Assembly (NCBI RefSeq): GCF_006345805.1
Contig: NC_043000.1
Coordinates: 42,222,001 to 42,286,000, forward strand
Direction of reading: 5' to 3'
Source: Octopus sinensis
Taxonomy: Eukaryota
DNA length: 64,000 nucleotides
The position numbers were made by a program, and so were the translations under genes. The notes beneath the pieces are model-generated. The model was not told the origin of the DNA. It saw only the letters and a list, made by a program, of their open reading frames with translations, and did not search any database. Of the stretch, positions 11,822-23,869 are shown piece after piece (positions within the stretch are counted from its first letter, which is position 1; every line of letters starts with the position of its first letter).

Positions 11822-11937
11822 AAGGTAAAACGTGTGCACACCACTTAACTCTAACCCCAAAACTAAGCCTAAAACTAACCCTAAAACTAACTCTAACACT
11901 AACCCTAACCCTAACCAATGTGCACATGCTTTACCTT
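11822..11937. mobile_element. Second MITE-like hairpin filled with CTAACC-type repeats
   Basis: TIR AAGGTAAAACGTGTGCACA, 17/19 match to the other end. Confidence 0.65.
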
Positions 11938-12361
11938 TGCCCAACGTTCTATGGTAAAATAAATGTGTATATTAGAAAACAATTATCAAAAAATTGATCA
12001 AGCTTACCGTTTCAAATATATCCACATTTTTAAGAGGGTCCCGGATACAGTTTGCTGCTCTCCGTAAGAAAGCGACGGAGACGTTCAGCATAATTTGGAA
12101 TAGACTTAATGAACAGATATCTCACCATAATCTACTTGAGGTACTTACATCACCTCCCAGGTCTCCAAACCATTTCCTTCACAAATTGTACTCGGAACCC
12201 TCCTAAAATGTGAGTATCTCTGAAATGGTTAGTTTGCCCGCTATTTTAATATGTTTTCCGTAATGTATACATCCATGTTACCTTATAAAACTGTTTATAG
12301 ATTACACTGGGTGCATCATATGAAGTTTCTACCCATGCCTAACTATATATATATATATATA

Positions 12362-12800
12362 CGCGGGTAGGAAGGGGCTGGTTACACAATATTTTCATTC
12401 ACACTTTGAATTTAGTGATACTAGTTGCGGATTCTAGCTCGCTCTGATACTGAGTTGAGTTGGTGCCTTCTAGTATCTCAAAATTCAATATATAATCATT
12501 TATGATTATAGTATTCTACGCTGAAGAGAAAAGAAGTTTTGGTAAGGTAGAATTATTTAATATTTAATTCTTATGCTTTCCTAAAAACTTGATTTCGAAA
12601 CGTGCGTCCGTAGATAACTTAAAATTGTATGATAGATTGCCGTCAATTCATTCTCTCTTACCTGTTTGTGTCTGCCTTCCAATTGCTGTTTTTACTGAGA
12701 TCTCCCTTTTTAGTAGAAGAAATAGCTATAACTCTTTGACTGCTATTTCTAAATTCGGTATGTGGTAAGGCAATTCGTTGCTAAACCCTTTATTGCTTAG
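12362..12800 (+). mobile_element. (TA)n-flanked cassette carrying a hammerhead; probable Penelope-like solo terminal repeat
   Basis: Bounded by TA runs at about 12344-12361 and 12801-12819; non-coding; contains the hammerhead motif. PLE origin is inference. Confidence 0.5.
12515..12614 (+). ncRNA. Type I hammerhead ribozyme motif with canonical core and long stem II
   Basis: Stem I TCTACG/CGTAGA; CTGAAGA at 12521-27; stem II closed by GAAA/TTTC; GAAA at 12597-600; stem III ACG-tg-CGT; GTC cleavage triplet at 12606-08. Confidence 0.8.
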
Positions 12801-12893
12801 TATATATATATATACATATAAAGGTTAACAAGTTGCTTAAACCACGTACCGAAAATATTATTATGTGGTTTAAGCAACTTGTTGCAAATAACC

Positions 12894-12986
<93 letters not shown>

Positions 12987-13008
12987 ATATATATTATATA
13001 TATATATA

Positions 13009-13925
13009 TCATCATCATCATCATTTAACATCCGCTTTCCATGCTAGCATGGGTTGGACGATTTGACTGAGGACTGGCGAATCAGATGGCTGCACCAGGC
13101 TCCAATTTGATCTGGCAGAGTTTCTACAGCTGGATGCCCTTCCTAATGCCAACCACTCCGAGAATGTAGTGGGTGCTTTTACGTGCCACTGGATACGAGG
13201 GCAAGTCTGGCGGTACTGGCAACAGACACATTCAAAATGGTGTTTTTTACGTGCCACCTGCATAGGAGTCAGTCTAGCTGCACTGGCAACGACCTTGCTT
13301 GAATGTTTTTTTCCTGATCCACCATCACAAGTGCCAGTAAGGTGAAGTTGGTAATGATCATGCTCAAATGGTGCTTTTTATGTTCCACCGGCATGGAAGC
13401 TATACAGTCGCTCTGGCAGTGATTCCGCTCCGGATTTCACTTGCCCCAACAGGTCTTCGCAAGCAGAGTTTAGTGTCCAATGAAGGGAGGTTGGCATGGG
13501 TGCCAGTTGTTGAAGTTGGTTCGATTTCGAATTCAATTTCGATTTCACTTGCCCCAACAGGTCTTCGCAAGCAGAGTTTAGTGTCCAACGAAGGGAGGTT
13601 GGCATGGGTGCTAGTTGTTGAAGTTGGTTCGATTTCGATTTCACTTGCCCCAACAGGTCTTCGCAAGCAGAGTTTAGTGTCCAATGAAGCGAGTTTGGCA
13701 TGGGTGCCAGTTGTTGAAGTTGGTTCGATTTCGAATTCAATTTCGATTTCATTTGCCTCAACAGGTCTTTGCAAGCAGAGTTTTGTGTCCAAAGAAGGAA
13801 AGGTATGCATAAGTGGGTTGGCTACATCCTTGGTAAAGGCCACGGGTTATGGTCTCACTTGTCCTGCTGGGTCTTCTCATGCATGGCATATTTCCAAAGG
13901 TCTCGGTCTCTAGTCATTGCCTTGC
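13009..13925 (-). mobile_element. RTE LINE 3' end (KAMTRDRDLWKYA...*) with tandemly amplified 3' UTR unit
   Basis: C-terminal peptide and (GAT)n tail shared with 51243-52960. Confidence 0.85.
13433..13799. repeat. Tandem repeat, units of 108/96/108 bp plus a partial fourth unit
   Basis: GATTTCACTTGCCCCAACAGGTCTTCGCAAGC restarts at 13433, 13541, 13637 and 13745. Confidence 0.9.
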
Positions 13926-14640
13926 ATCCAAGGAGATACTGGTTCAGTTCCTTGTATTGTTGACGAATGAAATTCCCTTTAAACAATACGTATATTTTAA
14001 GCATATAGTTTAATGCAGTTAAAAGAAGAAAAGAAACTGGAAATAAGGAGGTGAACAATTATTTATTATTAATAAATTGGTCATTTTCGCTTCTTAATGC
14101 TATTCCTATTAATAATCAATAATTTAATTACAAATTTGTCCAAAAAATTTGCATTTATGTGACATGAGCATTTACAATTACACTAAAGTGCATCATGGTG
14201 ATGATCCCCCCACTCATCAGGATGAATATGAAACAGGTGGTGAGCTCCCGAAATGGTCATTCATGTATGTGAATTTGATCTGTGGAAGTCTATATATTTA
14301 TGAACTTTTAATGTACCTGTGTGAGAGGAGTAAAATGACTTTTTTCATATATTTAAAAAAAAAAATGTTTAATCATTTGATAAAACATTTTTAGTTGTTA
14401 CTCTTTACTCTTTTACTTGTTTCAGTCATTTGACTGTGGCTATGCTGGAGCACTGCCTTTAGTCGAGCAAATCGACCCCAGGACTTATTCTTTGGAAGCC
14501 TAGTACTTATTCCATTGGCACTCTTATTCTATCGGTCTCTTTTGCCAAACCGCTAAATTATGGTGACGTAAACACACCAGCATCAGTTGTCAAGTGATGT
14601 TGGGGGGGACAAACACAGGCACACAAACATATACACATAC

Positions 14641-14671
<31 letters not shown>

Positions 14672-15130
14672 CGACAGGCTTCTTTCAGTTTCCGTCTACC
14701 AAATCCACTCACAAGGCTTTGGTTGGCCTGAGGCTATAGTAGAAGACACTTGCCCAAGGTGCCATGCTGTGGGACTGAACCCAGAACCATGTGGTTGGTA
14801 AACAAGCTACTTCCCACACAGCCACTCCTACGCCTATTGTTGGACATTTATTTTACCTTTGTCTAATAGTTTTTTTAGGGGGTTTACGAAATTTTAATCG
14901 TTTATATTTACCTTTTTGATAGGCCATTTTATTTGCATTTTATTTCATTTTATTTGAATATATTTTTATCTTCTGTGTTTTTATGCATATTTTTTTTTTA
15001 TGAGTTTAAGAACCATGGTGATATTAATATATAATTAAATGTTTAAGGTACGGTGTTATATAAAAAGTCATTGACTCAAATTTAATGTTTGTTCTATAAC
15101 CAATGTTTCTATTTATGTATATATATATAT

Positions 15131-15467
15131 GTTGAGACCTCCTTCGGTTATGACTGACCATGGGATTGCACCTAGAAAGTTACCCTCCCAGGCACAAGTC
15201 TGGGCAAGGTTGTTTATGGAAGACCAGCAGTTGCCCATGCACACCAGCCTCCGCTCTCCACACCACCAGTGTTATCCAAGGGAAAGGCAAAGGCCGATAC
15301 AGCTTAGCACCTGTGATGTCGCAACTCATTTCTACAGCTGAGTGAACTGGAGCAACGTGAAATAAAGTGTCTTGCTCAAGAACACAATGCAGCCCGGTCC
15401 GGGATTTGAACTCACCACCTCACGATCGTAAGCTCGATGCTCTAACCACTGAGCCATGCACCTTCAC
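15131..15467 (-). mobile_element. tRNA-derived SINE family C; related heads at about 1590-1967(-), 19080-19335(+), 23095-23345(+), 25250-25390(+), 35870-36215(-)
   Basis: TGGCTCAGTGGTTAG A box, GTTCAAATCCC B box, GAGCAAGACACTTTATTTCACGTTGCTCCAGTTCACTCAGCTG body. Confidence 0.8.
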
Positions 15468-16039
15468 ATATATATATATTTACACACACACACAGAGGGT
15501 GTTTGGACTAAATTTATATGTATATGTATATATACATGAATTTATGTATATTTGAGAAAGTGGTATAGAATATAAAATACATAGTTATATATAGTTATAC
15601 ATAGTTATACATATTTATATATAGTTTACCCATTTCTCAACTTATATTTCCATGGAGAATTAAGGCTGAAGCAAAATGAAAGTGTTACTTTAAGACAGAT
15701 ACAAATGGAGTTATGAATAACATGCATAACATGTTTAAGTATGAATACTTGAAATCATGACTGACAGGAATCCATTAAACTTTAATGTAGGAATTTAGTT
15801 TACTTATGCTAAGACACAATCAGAAGATATTCTGGTTATTTAAAACCTGCATGAAAATGGCATCATCCATATATGCTAATTTTTCTCTCAATCTGGTATT
15901 TGGTAATCCTTCCATTTGTAGATTATTAAACATAAGATCTACTATTTCTCTATGCAAAATATAATATATGCAAGAGATAGGAGGAAATAAATCATACATA
16001 TATATATTGTATTTTTTGTTTTGTTTTTTTTCCACGCAG

Positions 16040-16146
16040 TTATCGGAAACTGGCTCTGTTGTACCATCCTGACAAAAATGATCAATGTCTGAAGGCTACA
16101 GAGATGTTTATGCAAATCGCAGAGGCTTATGAAGTCCTTAGTAATC
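16040..16146 (+). CDS. DNAJB13: DNAJB13 exon 2 ([35 protein letters not shown])
   Basis: GCAG acceptor, GTAAG donor, 107 nt, J-domain HPD and AYEVLS motifs. Confidence 0.95.
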
Positions 16147-16717
16147 GTAAGAAATTTTGTTGGTTTTATTATTATTTTTTTTCTTGTTTCTAATATCTTC
16201 ACCAGCTATTTCATTCACACTTCTGTTGCTTAGGCTGAATATCTTATGTATTTTTCCATATTGTTTATTTGTTATATTGTCCTTTAACAAATGTGGAATT
16301 CCAGTGCGAGATGCAATAGAAAAGATTCGGTTGTTGTTACTTTTCTTTATACATATTGCACAATACAGAAAATGGGCACTTTTTAGTGTTGCTATTTTCC
16401 AGGTTTTCACCTATGCAAGGTTTGCTAGGATATTCAACAGAATTATGATGCTTTACATTTTGTGCTCAAATCCTTCTAAAGTCAACGTTGCTTTTCATCC
16501 TTCTAGGGTTTTCCCTTTCTCTTTTACTTGTTTCAGTCATTTGACTGCAGCCATGCTGGAGCACCACCTTTAGTTGAGCAAATCGACCCCAGGACTTATT
16601 CTTTGTAAGCCTAGTACTTATTCCATTGGTCTCTTTTGCTGGACTGCTAAGATGTAAACACACCAGCATCGGTTGTCAAGCAATGTTGGGGGGACAAACA
16701 CAGACACACAAACATAT

Positions 16718-16769
<52 letters not shown>

Positions 16770-18451
16770 GATGGGCTTCTTTCAGTTTCTGTCTACCATA
16801 TCCACTTACAAGGCTTTGGTCGGCCTGAGGCTATAATAGAAGACACTTGCCCAAGGTGCCACGCAGTGGGAATGAACCCAGAGCCATATGGTTTGTAAGC
16901 AAGCTACTTACCACACAGCCACTTCTGCACCTATAAAATTGATAAAATAAATTATCATTTAATTCTATTACTGGTGTTGATTTATGTGGCTTACTCCTTC
17001 CCACAAACGTAGGCTCTTAAAACAGGAAAGCAGGATGGTCTTGGCTAGAATGCCAATGATCATGCATCTGCTTGATAAAAATGAACTTGGGTTTAAGCAA
17101 CCATAACAACATTGTAGGACACTGATCTCTGAACTAATAAATCTTAATTCACTGTGACCCTTTGCTGACTTTTACTGTTGTTGTTATTATTGTTTAACCC
17201 TGAGTTAACTCTGATTGAGCATATTTATGGCCAAAGACATTCTTACTAGGGAATTTTCTTATCCTTTTGCTGATATGTGGAACTAGATTATTCAATGTGT
17301 CCTTCTTATTTTCAGAACAGAAGGGTGTGATGTAAGGAACATTTGGCTGCTGTTTCTAGCAGATTGAGTGACCACATCAATTTCTCTTATTTACTCAGAT
17401 TTATCATTGCTACAATTTGCTATTTAATCCCTGTTCAACTCTGACTGAACAGCACTATTACTAACGGTATTCCAGTCATGTCCATCCTGTTGTTTTATAG
17501 AGTTATTTATATCTATAACAGCCAACAAATCCAATTTTTTTAAGCAGTAGAAGTGATTTGCTGGAGATTTGGTAATCATTTCTAGCATGCAAAGCATCCA
17601 TGCATAGAGGCTGTCTTGGTTCACTGAGTCACTGTCTTAGGACAGACCAATAACGGCTCCTTTCCACCCCAAAAGTTATGTCTAATTTATATTTTCCATT
17701 AATTACTACAAAAGTTTGGCTTCTACCAGTAATCAAGAAGTTGAATTCATATATTTATACTTTTCTTGTTTATTCCATAAAATTCTTTTTTTTTTTTAAT
17801 AAAACTTCTCAAAATATTACAAAATTTTTTTTTACTGATATTTACTATTTTCCTTCAGAGTTATATTATTTTTCACCAATTTTTTAAAAACAACTTCCTT
17901 GACAATATGGTGGATTTTTTTCTAATAATACAGAAAAATAAGAAGAACACCAACAACATAAAAATGTATGGTAGCTGAGTGCATAAAATTGAAGAATCCT
18001 TGAACCATGCATATGTCGTGCATTCTGCCAGTAAATTTTTACAATTTCATTCTCACTCACAGAAAATGGTAAAATAGATGCCATGACCTCCCTTCACCTT
18101 TATTTTGTATTCTATATTTTACATTTTATATTTCATAGTTGTTTGGCTAAACAGCATTAAGACATCCAGTCAACTGGAAAATGATATCTCCTACAACAAT
18201 CCATGTAAAAACTGGTTTTTCGAAAAAAAAAAAAAAAAAAAAAAAAAGAGCAAAAATACTTCCTGCAGCATCACAAATACACACACACACAAACTATCCA
18301 ATAAGTCTTGATGAATTAATAGGGATAAATCTGAGAGAGTATGTTTTTTTGATTAAGATACAGAAAAGGAAAGTTCTACAAATCAATCATGGCTACTTGA
18401 TAAAAATATTCATGCATGCAAGAATTATCATTGTTGTTATTATTATTATTA

Positions 18452-18493
<42 letters not shown>

Positions 18494-20392
18494 ATTTATT
18501 CTAAAATTAATATTTTGATTTGTGACTTTGTTTAATTTACATGTAGTTTGAAATGTTTATTTGTTTCAATTTAAATGATGATTTTTAAGGATTCTATAAT
18601 AGATGCGCCAACTTGTTTATTTGATTTGCTAGTGAGTTTAGAGCAACAGTATTTGAGCTGTAAAACATTTCTGTGGTCTGTCAGTCTCATTCTTCATTTG
18701 GAACAACGATGCCATGTAAACATTGGACATTGGTGTTAAGTGGAAGCACAGATTATTATAAAAACTTTTTACATTACGAATTATTATTCCTTGTCTTGTT
18801 CTGGTGTGAATTATTATTTTTTTTTACAATATCTTTTGTTTGCTGTTGTTTTTGACAACCCACTCTGCAGGCATAGCTGTGCAGTTAAGAAGTTCCTTTT
18901 ACAACTATGTGGCTTTTAGGTTCGATTCCCCCTGTGAAGCAAAGCACATTGGGAAAATGTTTTCTTCTGCTTTAGTCTCAGATCCTGCAATGTCTTGTGA
19001 ATAGAATTTAGTAGGTGTATTTGATGCTAGAAATTTGAAACCCTTGAGTGAACCATCAAGTTTGGTTATATCTTAGGCAAGTGTTGGTGTGTCGAGGTGC
19101 ATGGCTTACTGGTAAGGGTGTTGAACTCATGATCATAAGATTGTGGTTTCAATTCCTGGATCAGGCGATGTGTTGTGTTCTTGAACAAAACAATTCACTT
19201 CACATTAGTCCAGTCTACTCCACTGGCAAAAATGAGTAATCCCATGATGGACTGATGTCCCATCTAGGTGGGGAGTTTAAATGCCATGGAAACCAGGAAA
19301 TGGACCCTTGTGAATTGGCATAACTCAAAAAGGTAATCTCCTTTTAAGTATTGGTGTGGAAGACTAGATCAGCAGTGGGCTAATTACTTGAAACAGTGAT
19401 TAGGCAACTAATCACTACCTGGTGAGACTACCTGGTGAGAACTACTCCAAAATGACCACAATAAAGAATAAACATCACGGAAGTCACCAGGGGTTATTTA
19501 TTGCTCTGATGGCACAAAATGTGTGTGTGTGTGTGTGAGTATGCATGATCTTAGAGTTTAATTTAAGTTCTTCTTGAGAAAGTTGAAGGCAGTTGCTAAC
19601 AAAGCAACAAGACCTTTTGAGTTAAGAGAGTTCCTGGTATTTGTAAATATGTGGTTGGGTGAGTATGTTGGTTGAAATGTCAATGCATACATCCAAGTAT
19701 TGCCATAAGAATAAGAATCTCACACAGAATTTTTGGAATGTTTAACAAATCTCTTTTTGTGTCTTTGCCGTCTGATCTTTGCTCCAGTTTACTCAGCTGC
19801 AGAAATGAGTTGTGTCATTACTGGTGCCAAGCTGTATCAGCCTTTGCTTTTCTCTTGGATAATACTGGTGACATTGAGATGTGTGGTTGGTATGCATGGG
19901 CTACTACTGGTCTCCCATAAACAACTTTGTCTGGACTTGTGCCTAAGAGGGAAACTTTCTAGGTACAATCCCATGGTCTTTCATAACTGAAGAGGGTCTT
20001 TACTTAATAATGTTGCTTATAGCTCTGCCCAATGATGGGCTAAACAAGAAGAATGATGATGATGATGATGATGATGACAACAACATGATCCTTTTTGGTT
20101 GTTGAGGGTACCACTGAAGAACTCACGTTCACATACTGATTCCTGTGAGGTTTCTCATGGCCTTTCCTCAGACCACAAAATTTGAACTCTGCATTGTAAA
20201 TTCACAGAAAAAAGATTATATATACACTCATTCAACAAGCTAGAATATGCAATCAAATTCCTTTGTTATACATCCTGATGATTTAAGCAATAAGTAATTT
20301 AACTGGTGTGTTTAGCAGATTGAGTGGTTTACATAAAGACTCCTTTGTTGGCTCAAATGCATTATTATAGTCTCTGCTGCTGCTGCTGCTGC

Positions 20393-20423
<31 letters not shown>

Positions 20424-20812
20424 GGTGATGATGATGATGATGATGACAACGACAACGACAATAGTGATGTTGACAGTGATGATACTAATGGATAATATAG
20501 TCCTTTGTGTTCCCATCCCCATAAAATTGACAAGCTGGTCAAGGCTGGAACACATCTGGACATAGCTATACTTAATCAGGGTTAAACTGGGGTTACCCAG
20601 CAAACAACAACAACATTAACAAAAATCATTTATATGTTACAATGTTGTTTCTTTGCTTCTGTGGTTTCCATTTTACAGCTTGGTAGACTGTGGCCATGAA
20701 CTCTACTCAATGCCAACAAGATATGAACCACTGCATGCACTTTTGTCTATGTTTTGCATATTTCATTAACTTTGCATATATCATTAACTGTTTTGACATT
20801 TTGTCTTTTCAG

Positions 20813-20974
20813 AGCAGCACAAAGCTATATATGACCAGTTTGGTGAAGAAGGGCTGAAAAATGGCATTCCTACTAAAGGAAACGAACCAGAACCCTGGAC
20901 TAAAGGCTATGTATTTCATGGTAATGCAAAAAGGGTTTTCAGAGAATTCTTTGGCATGGATAACCCATTTCAAG
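20813..20974 (+). CDS. DNAJB13: DNAJB13 exon 3 ([20 protein letters not shown]...[12 protein letters not shown])
   Basis: TTCAG acceptor, GT donor, 162 nt, [10 protein letters not shown] motif. Confidence 0.95.
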
Positions 20975-21224
20975 GTTTGATATTTTGAAATTACTTTTGC
21001 TGTAAAGTGCATACGTGTGCCCACTCACATGCATGTGCATGTGCATACATACACACACACATGTACATATATACCTGCACATTATATATATATATATATA
21101 TACATACACACACAAATTTCAAATCCACACACAAATATGCAAACATGTACATGTATACATGCAAATATATACACAGATACACAAATATTCTTATAGATAG
21201 ATAGATTATATATATATATATATT

Positions 21225-21476
21225 ACGGAGATGTACTCGCATAGCAAGTAATTTGATCTGAGATCGTGTGCTGAAACGAAAACAATTGCAGTGTGGAAGG
21301 TGTTTATAAGCCATTTAAGAAACACACAAGAGATGCAGCATGGACTTTTCAGTGAACAGGTCGCGGATTTTAGCGACGAAAATATTTTGACAAATTAAAC
21401 TTAAATGTTGAAGTGAATTGAACGGCTTTTGTGTGTTTCTTAAATGGCTTATAAACACCTTCCACGCTGCAATTGT
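21225..21476. mobile_element. (TA)n-flanked palindromic cassette with 48-bp arms (21282-21329 / 21429-21476)
   Basis: Arms match at 47/48 positions; hammerhead-like motif in the spacer. Confidence 0.6.
21346..21394 (+). ncRNA. Hammerhead-like motif with G3-C8 swap
   Basis: TTTTCA/TGA(C)AAA stem I; GTGAACA core; GTCGC/GCGAC stem II; GAAA; palindromic AAAATATTTT stem III. Confidence 0.55.
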
Positions 21477-23869
21477 ATATATATATGTTCATATATAATC
21501 ATCATCATCGTCGTCATTTATTGTCTGCTTTCCATACCAGTATAATTAGGACAGTTTGATAGGGAACTATAATTAGGACAGTTTGATGCCGAGCTGCATT
21601 GAGCTCCAGTACCATTTTTGGCATGGTTTCTATGGCTTTAGGCCCTTCCTAATACCAACCACTTTACAGAGTGTATTGGATGTGTTTTTTTTGTAGCACC
21701 AACACTAGTGAGGTTGTCATGTAATTTGCAAGACAGAAAAAGCCAAAAATCTTTTCCACTGAATGATTAATATATTAATATATTTCCATTTCTGACTATC
21801 ACATATGCTTTATTGTACTTGTGGCTGTGTGGTAAGAAGTTTGCTTCCCAACCACATCATTCTGGGTCCAGTCCCACTGCATGGCACTTGGAGAAAATGC
21901 ATTGTACTATAGCCTCAGACTAGCCAAATCCTTGTGAGTGCATTTGGTAGATGGAAACTGAAAGAATCTCGTCATATATGTATATTTATTATATCTATGT
22001 GTACATGTCTTTGAGTCAGTGCTTGTCACCCATTACACCTCTTGATAACTGGTGTTGGTTTGTTTGAATCTCTGTAACTGAGCAGTTCAGCAAAAGAGAC
22101 CAATAGAATAAGTAGCAGTCTTTAAAAAAATACCAAAGTGCAGGGGTCAATTCGTTTGACTAAAAGTGCTTCAAGGTGGTACCCCAGCAAGGCTGCAATC
22201 TAATGACTGAAATAAATAAGATATTTAATACAATCTGTCAGGTCTAATAGTATTTTTTAACTTAGCTTCCATCTCCTCTTCTATTTCTTTTCTTTTTTCT
22301 CTCTTTCTCTTTTGCATCTCATTTTCATTTTCTTTGTTTTATTTCTTTCTTTCCTGCCAGGCATGGATTCCCCTTCATCTTTCTGTGTAGCAAAGTTATC
22401 TTTTTTATACTTATATTATTTAATTGTCTTTTTTCTTATATGTATGTATGCGTAATAAACATTTGCCCTTGTCTTAATTTTTAATTTTACTTTTTATGTT
22501 ATTTCGTAAAAATCTTGATTTCTAAAAGTGTTTTTATTTTTCGTCATGGTTATTTTTGTGCCTGTTTCTATGTATATAGGCAATTTATCTTATTCAGTTT
22601 TTAATTAAATTTCAACTTGTGTTTTAATGTTCATATATTTTTTTTATCAAAGGGCAATCACTTACATCAAACAGATTCTTCTTATTTCGAAAAGTAATAA
22701 CACTTTGTCTAATCAGCTTCAAATGTTTATTCAATAAGTTATTAAATAATTATCACTGCACCATTTATAAGCACTTATAAATGATTATATAGTTTAAAAT
22801 GTCTCACAGCTGTCTTATGATTACTTATGCATAGCTCTGAGTAATAATTAGTCGTCTTTCCAGTTTCATTAAAATACTGTATGTGTGTGTTTCTTTGTCT
22901 TCACATCTCATTCTAATTGTAAGTCAATGTCACCTTCATTCAGAATCATTTTTTTCATAATCTTTTATGATAAAAATGGATGGATAGGGGAAGAAATCAC
23001 CTTGTCTGGAAACAGGTGAGGATTGGCAATAGGAACAGCATCTATCTAGTCATAGATATTCTGCTTCAACAAATTTTGCCTGATGCTAGAATGGAAGTGG
23101 AGGCACGTGGCTAAGTGGTTAGGGTGTTGATCTCATGATCGCATGGTTGTGGTTTCGATTCCTGGACTGGGCAATGCCTTGTGTTCTTGAGCAAAACACT
23201 TCATTTTCATGTTGCTCCTGTCCACTCAGCTGGCAAAAATGAGTAATCCTGTGACGGACTGGCGTCCCATCCAGGTGGGGAATTTCTATGCCACTGAAAC
23301 TGGGAAACCAGCACTTATGAGCCTGGCAAGGCTCGAAAAGGAACATTTATTATTTGAGCTAGAATGGAAAAGTAAACATTAAGATAATGATGATAATGAT
23401 TCCACACACACACACACACACATACACACACACTCTCACACACTCAGATATATATACATCTATACATATAAATTTGACATGGGCGATTCTGTCTTGTCTT
23501 GGGATTCATGGTCAAATGGCTGGATGGAATTGCACAGAAGATTACACAGATATGTAGAATGATCTGATGGTGATGCTGAGCTTTGTATTTTTTTCATAGC
23601 TCCCATGGTTACTGAGATAATCTACTATAGTAATACTTTCATGTTTATGAATAAGAAAGGAAGGGGTGATAGATGAATAAGGAAGGAAGGGGTGATGTCA
23701 TACTAGGTAGCGGGATGAGGAAAATTGTACACTGAAAAAATAAATCAGACAGTGTTTCGAATATGTTGTCTATTGAGTTTTTATACATGCTAGGGCACTA
23801 GTAGTAAAATTTCTAAAAACACTCACTACCCTATATATATTTTATGAATATATATATATATATATATGT

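Noticed and set aside
13433-13799. CRISPR-like array
   Set aside because: Units are about 100 bp and contiguous with no unique spacers; the context is eukaryotic with no cas genes.
13368-13913. 181-aa and 147-aa repetitive ORFs as protein genes
   Set aside because: They arise from a tandem repeat in a LINE 3' UTR; there is no splice context or recognisable domain.
14149-14394. 81-aa ORF in DNAJB13 intron 1
   Set aside because: Non-ATG start in the track, no recognisable motif and no convincing splice pair.
22660-22730. Minus-strand CTGATTAGA...GAAA motif
   Set aside because: Core spacing is wrong and there is no convincing stem I or III; at best a very decayed remnant.
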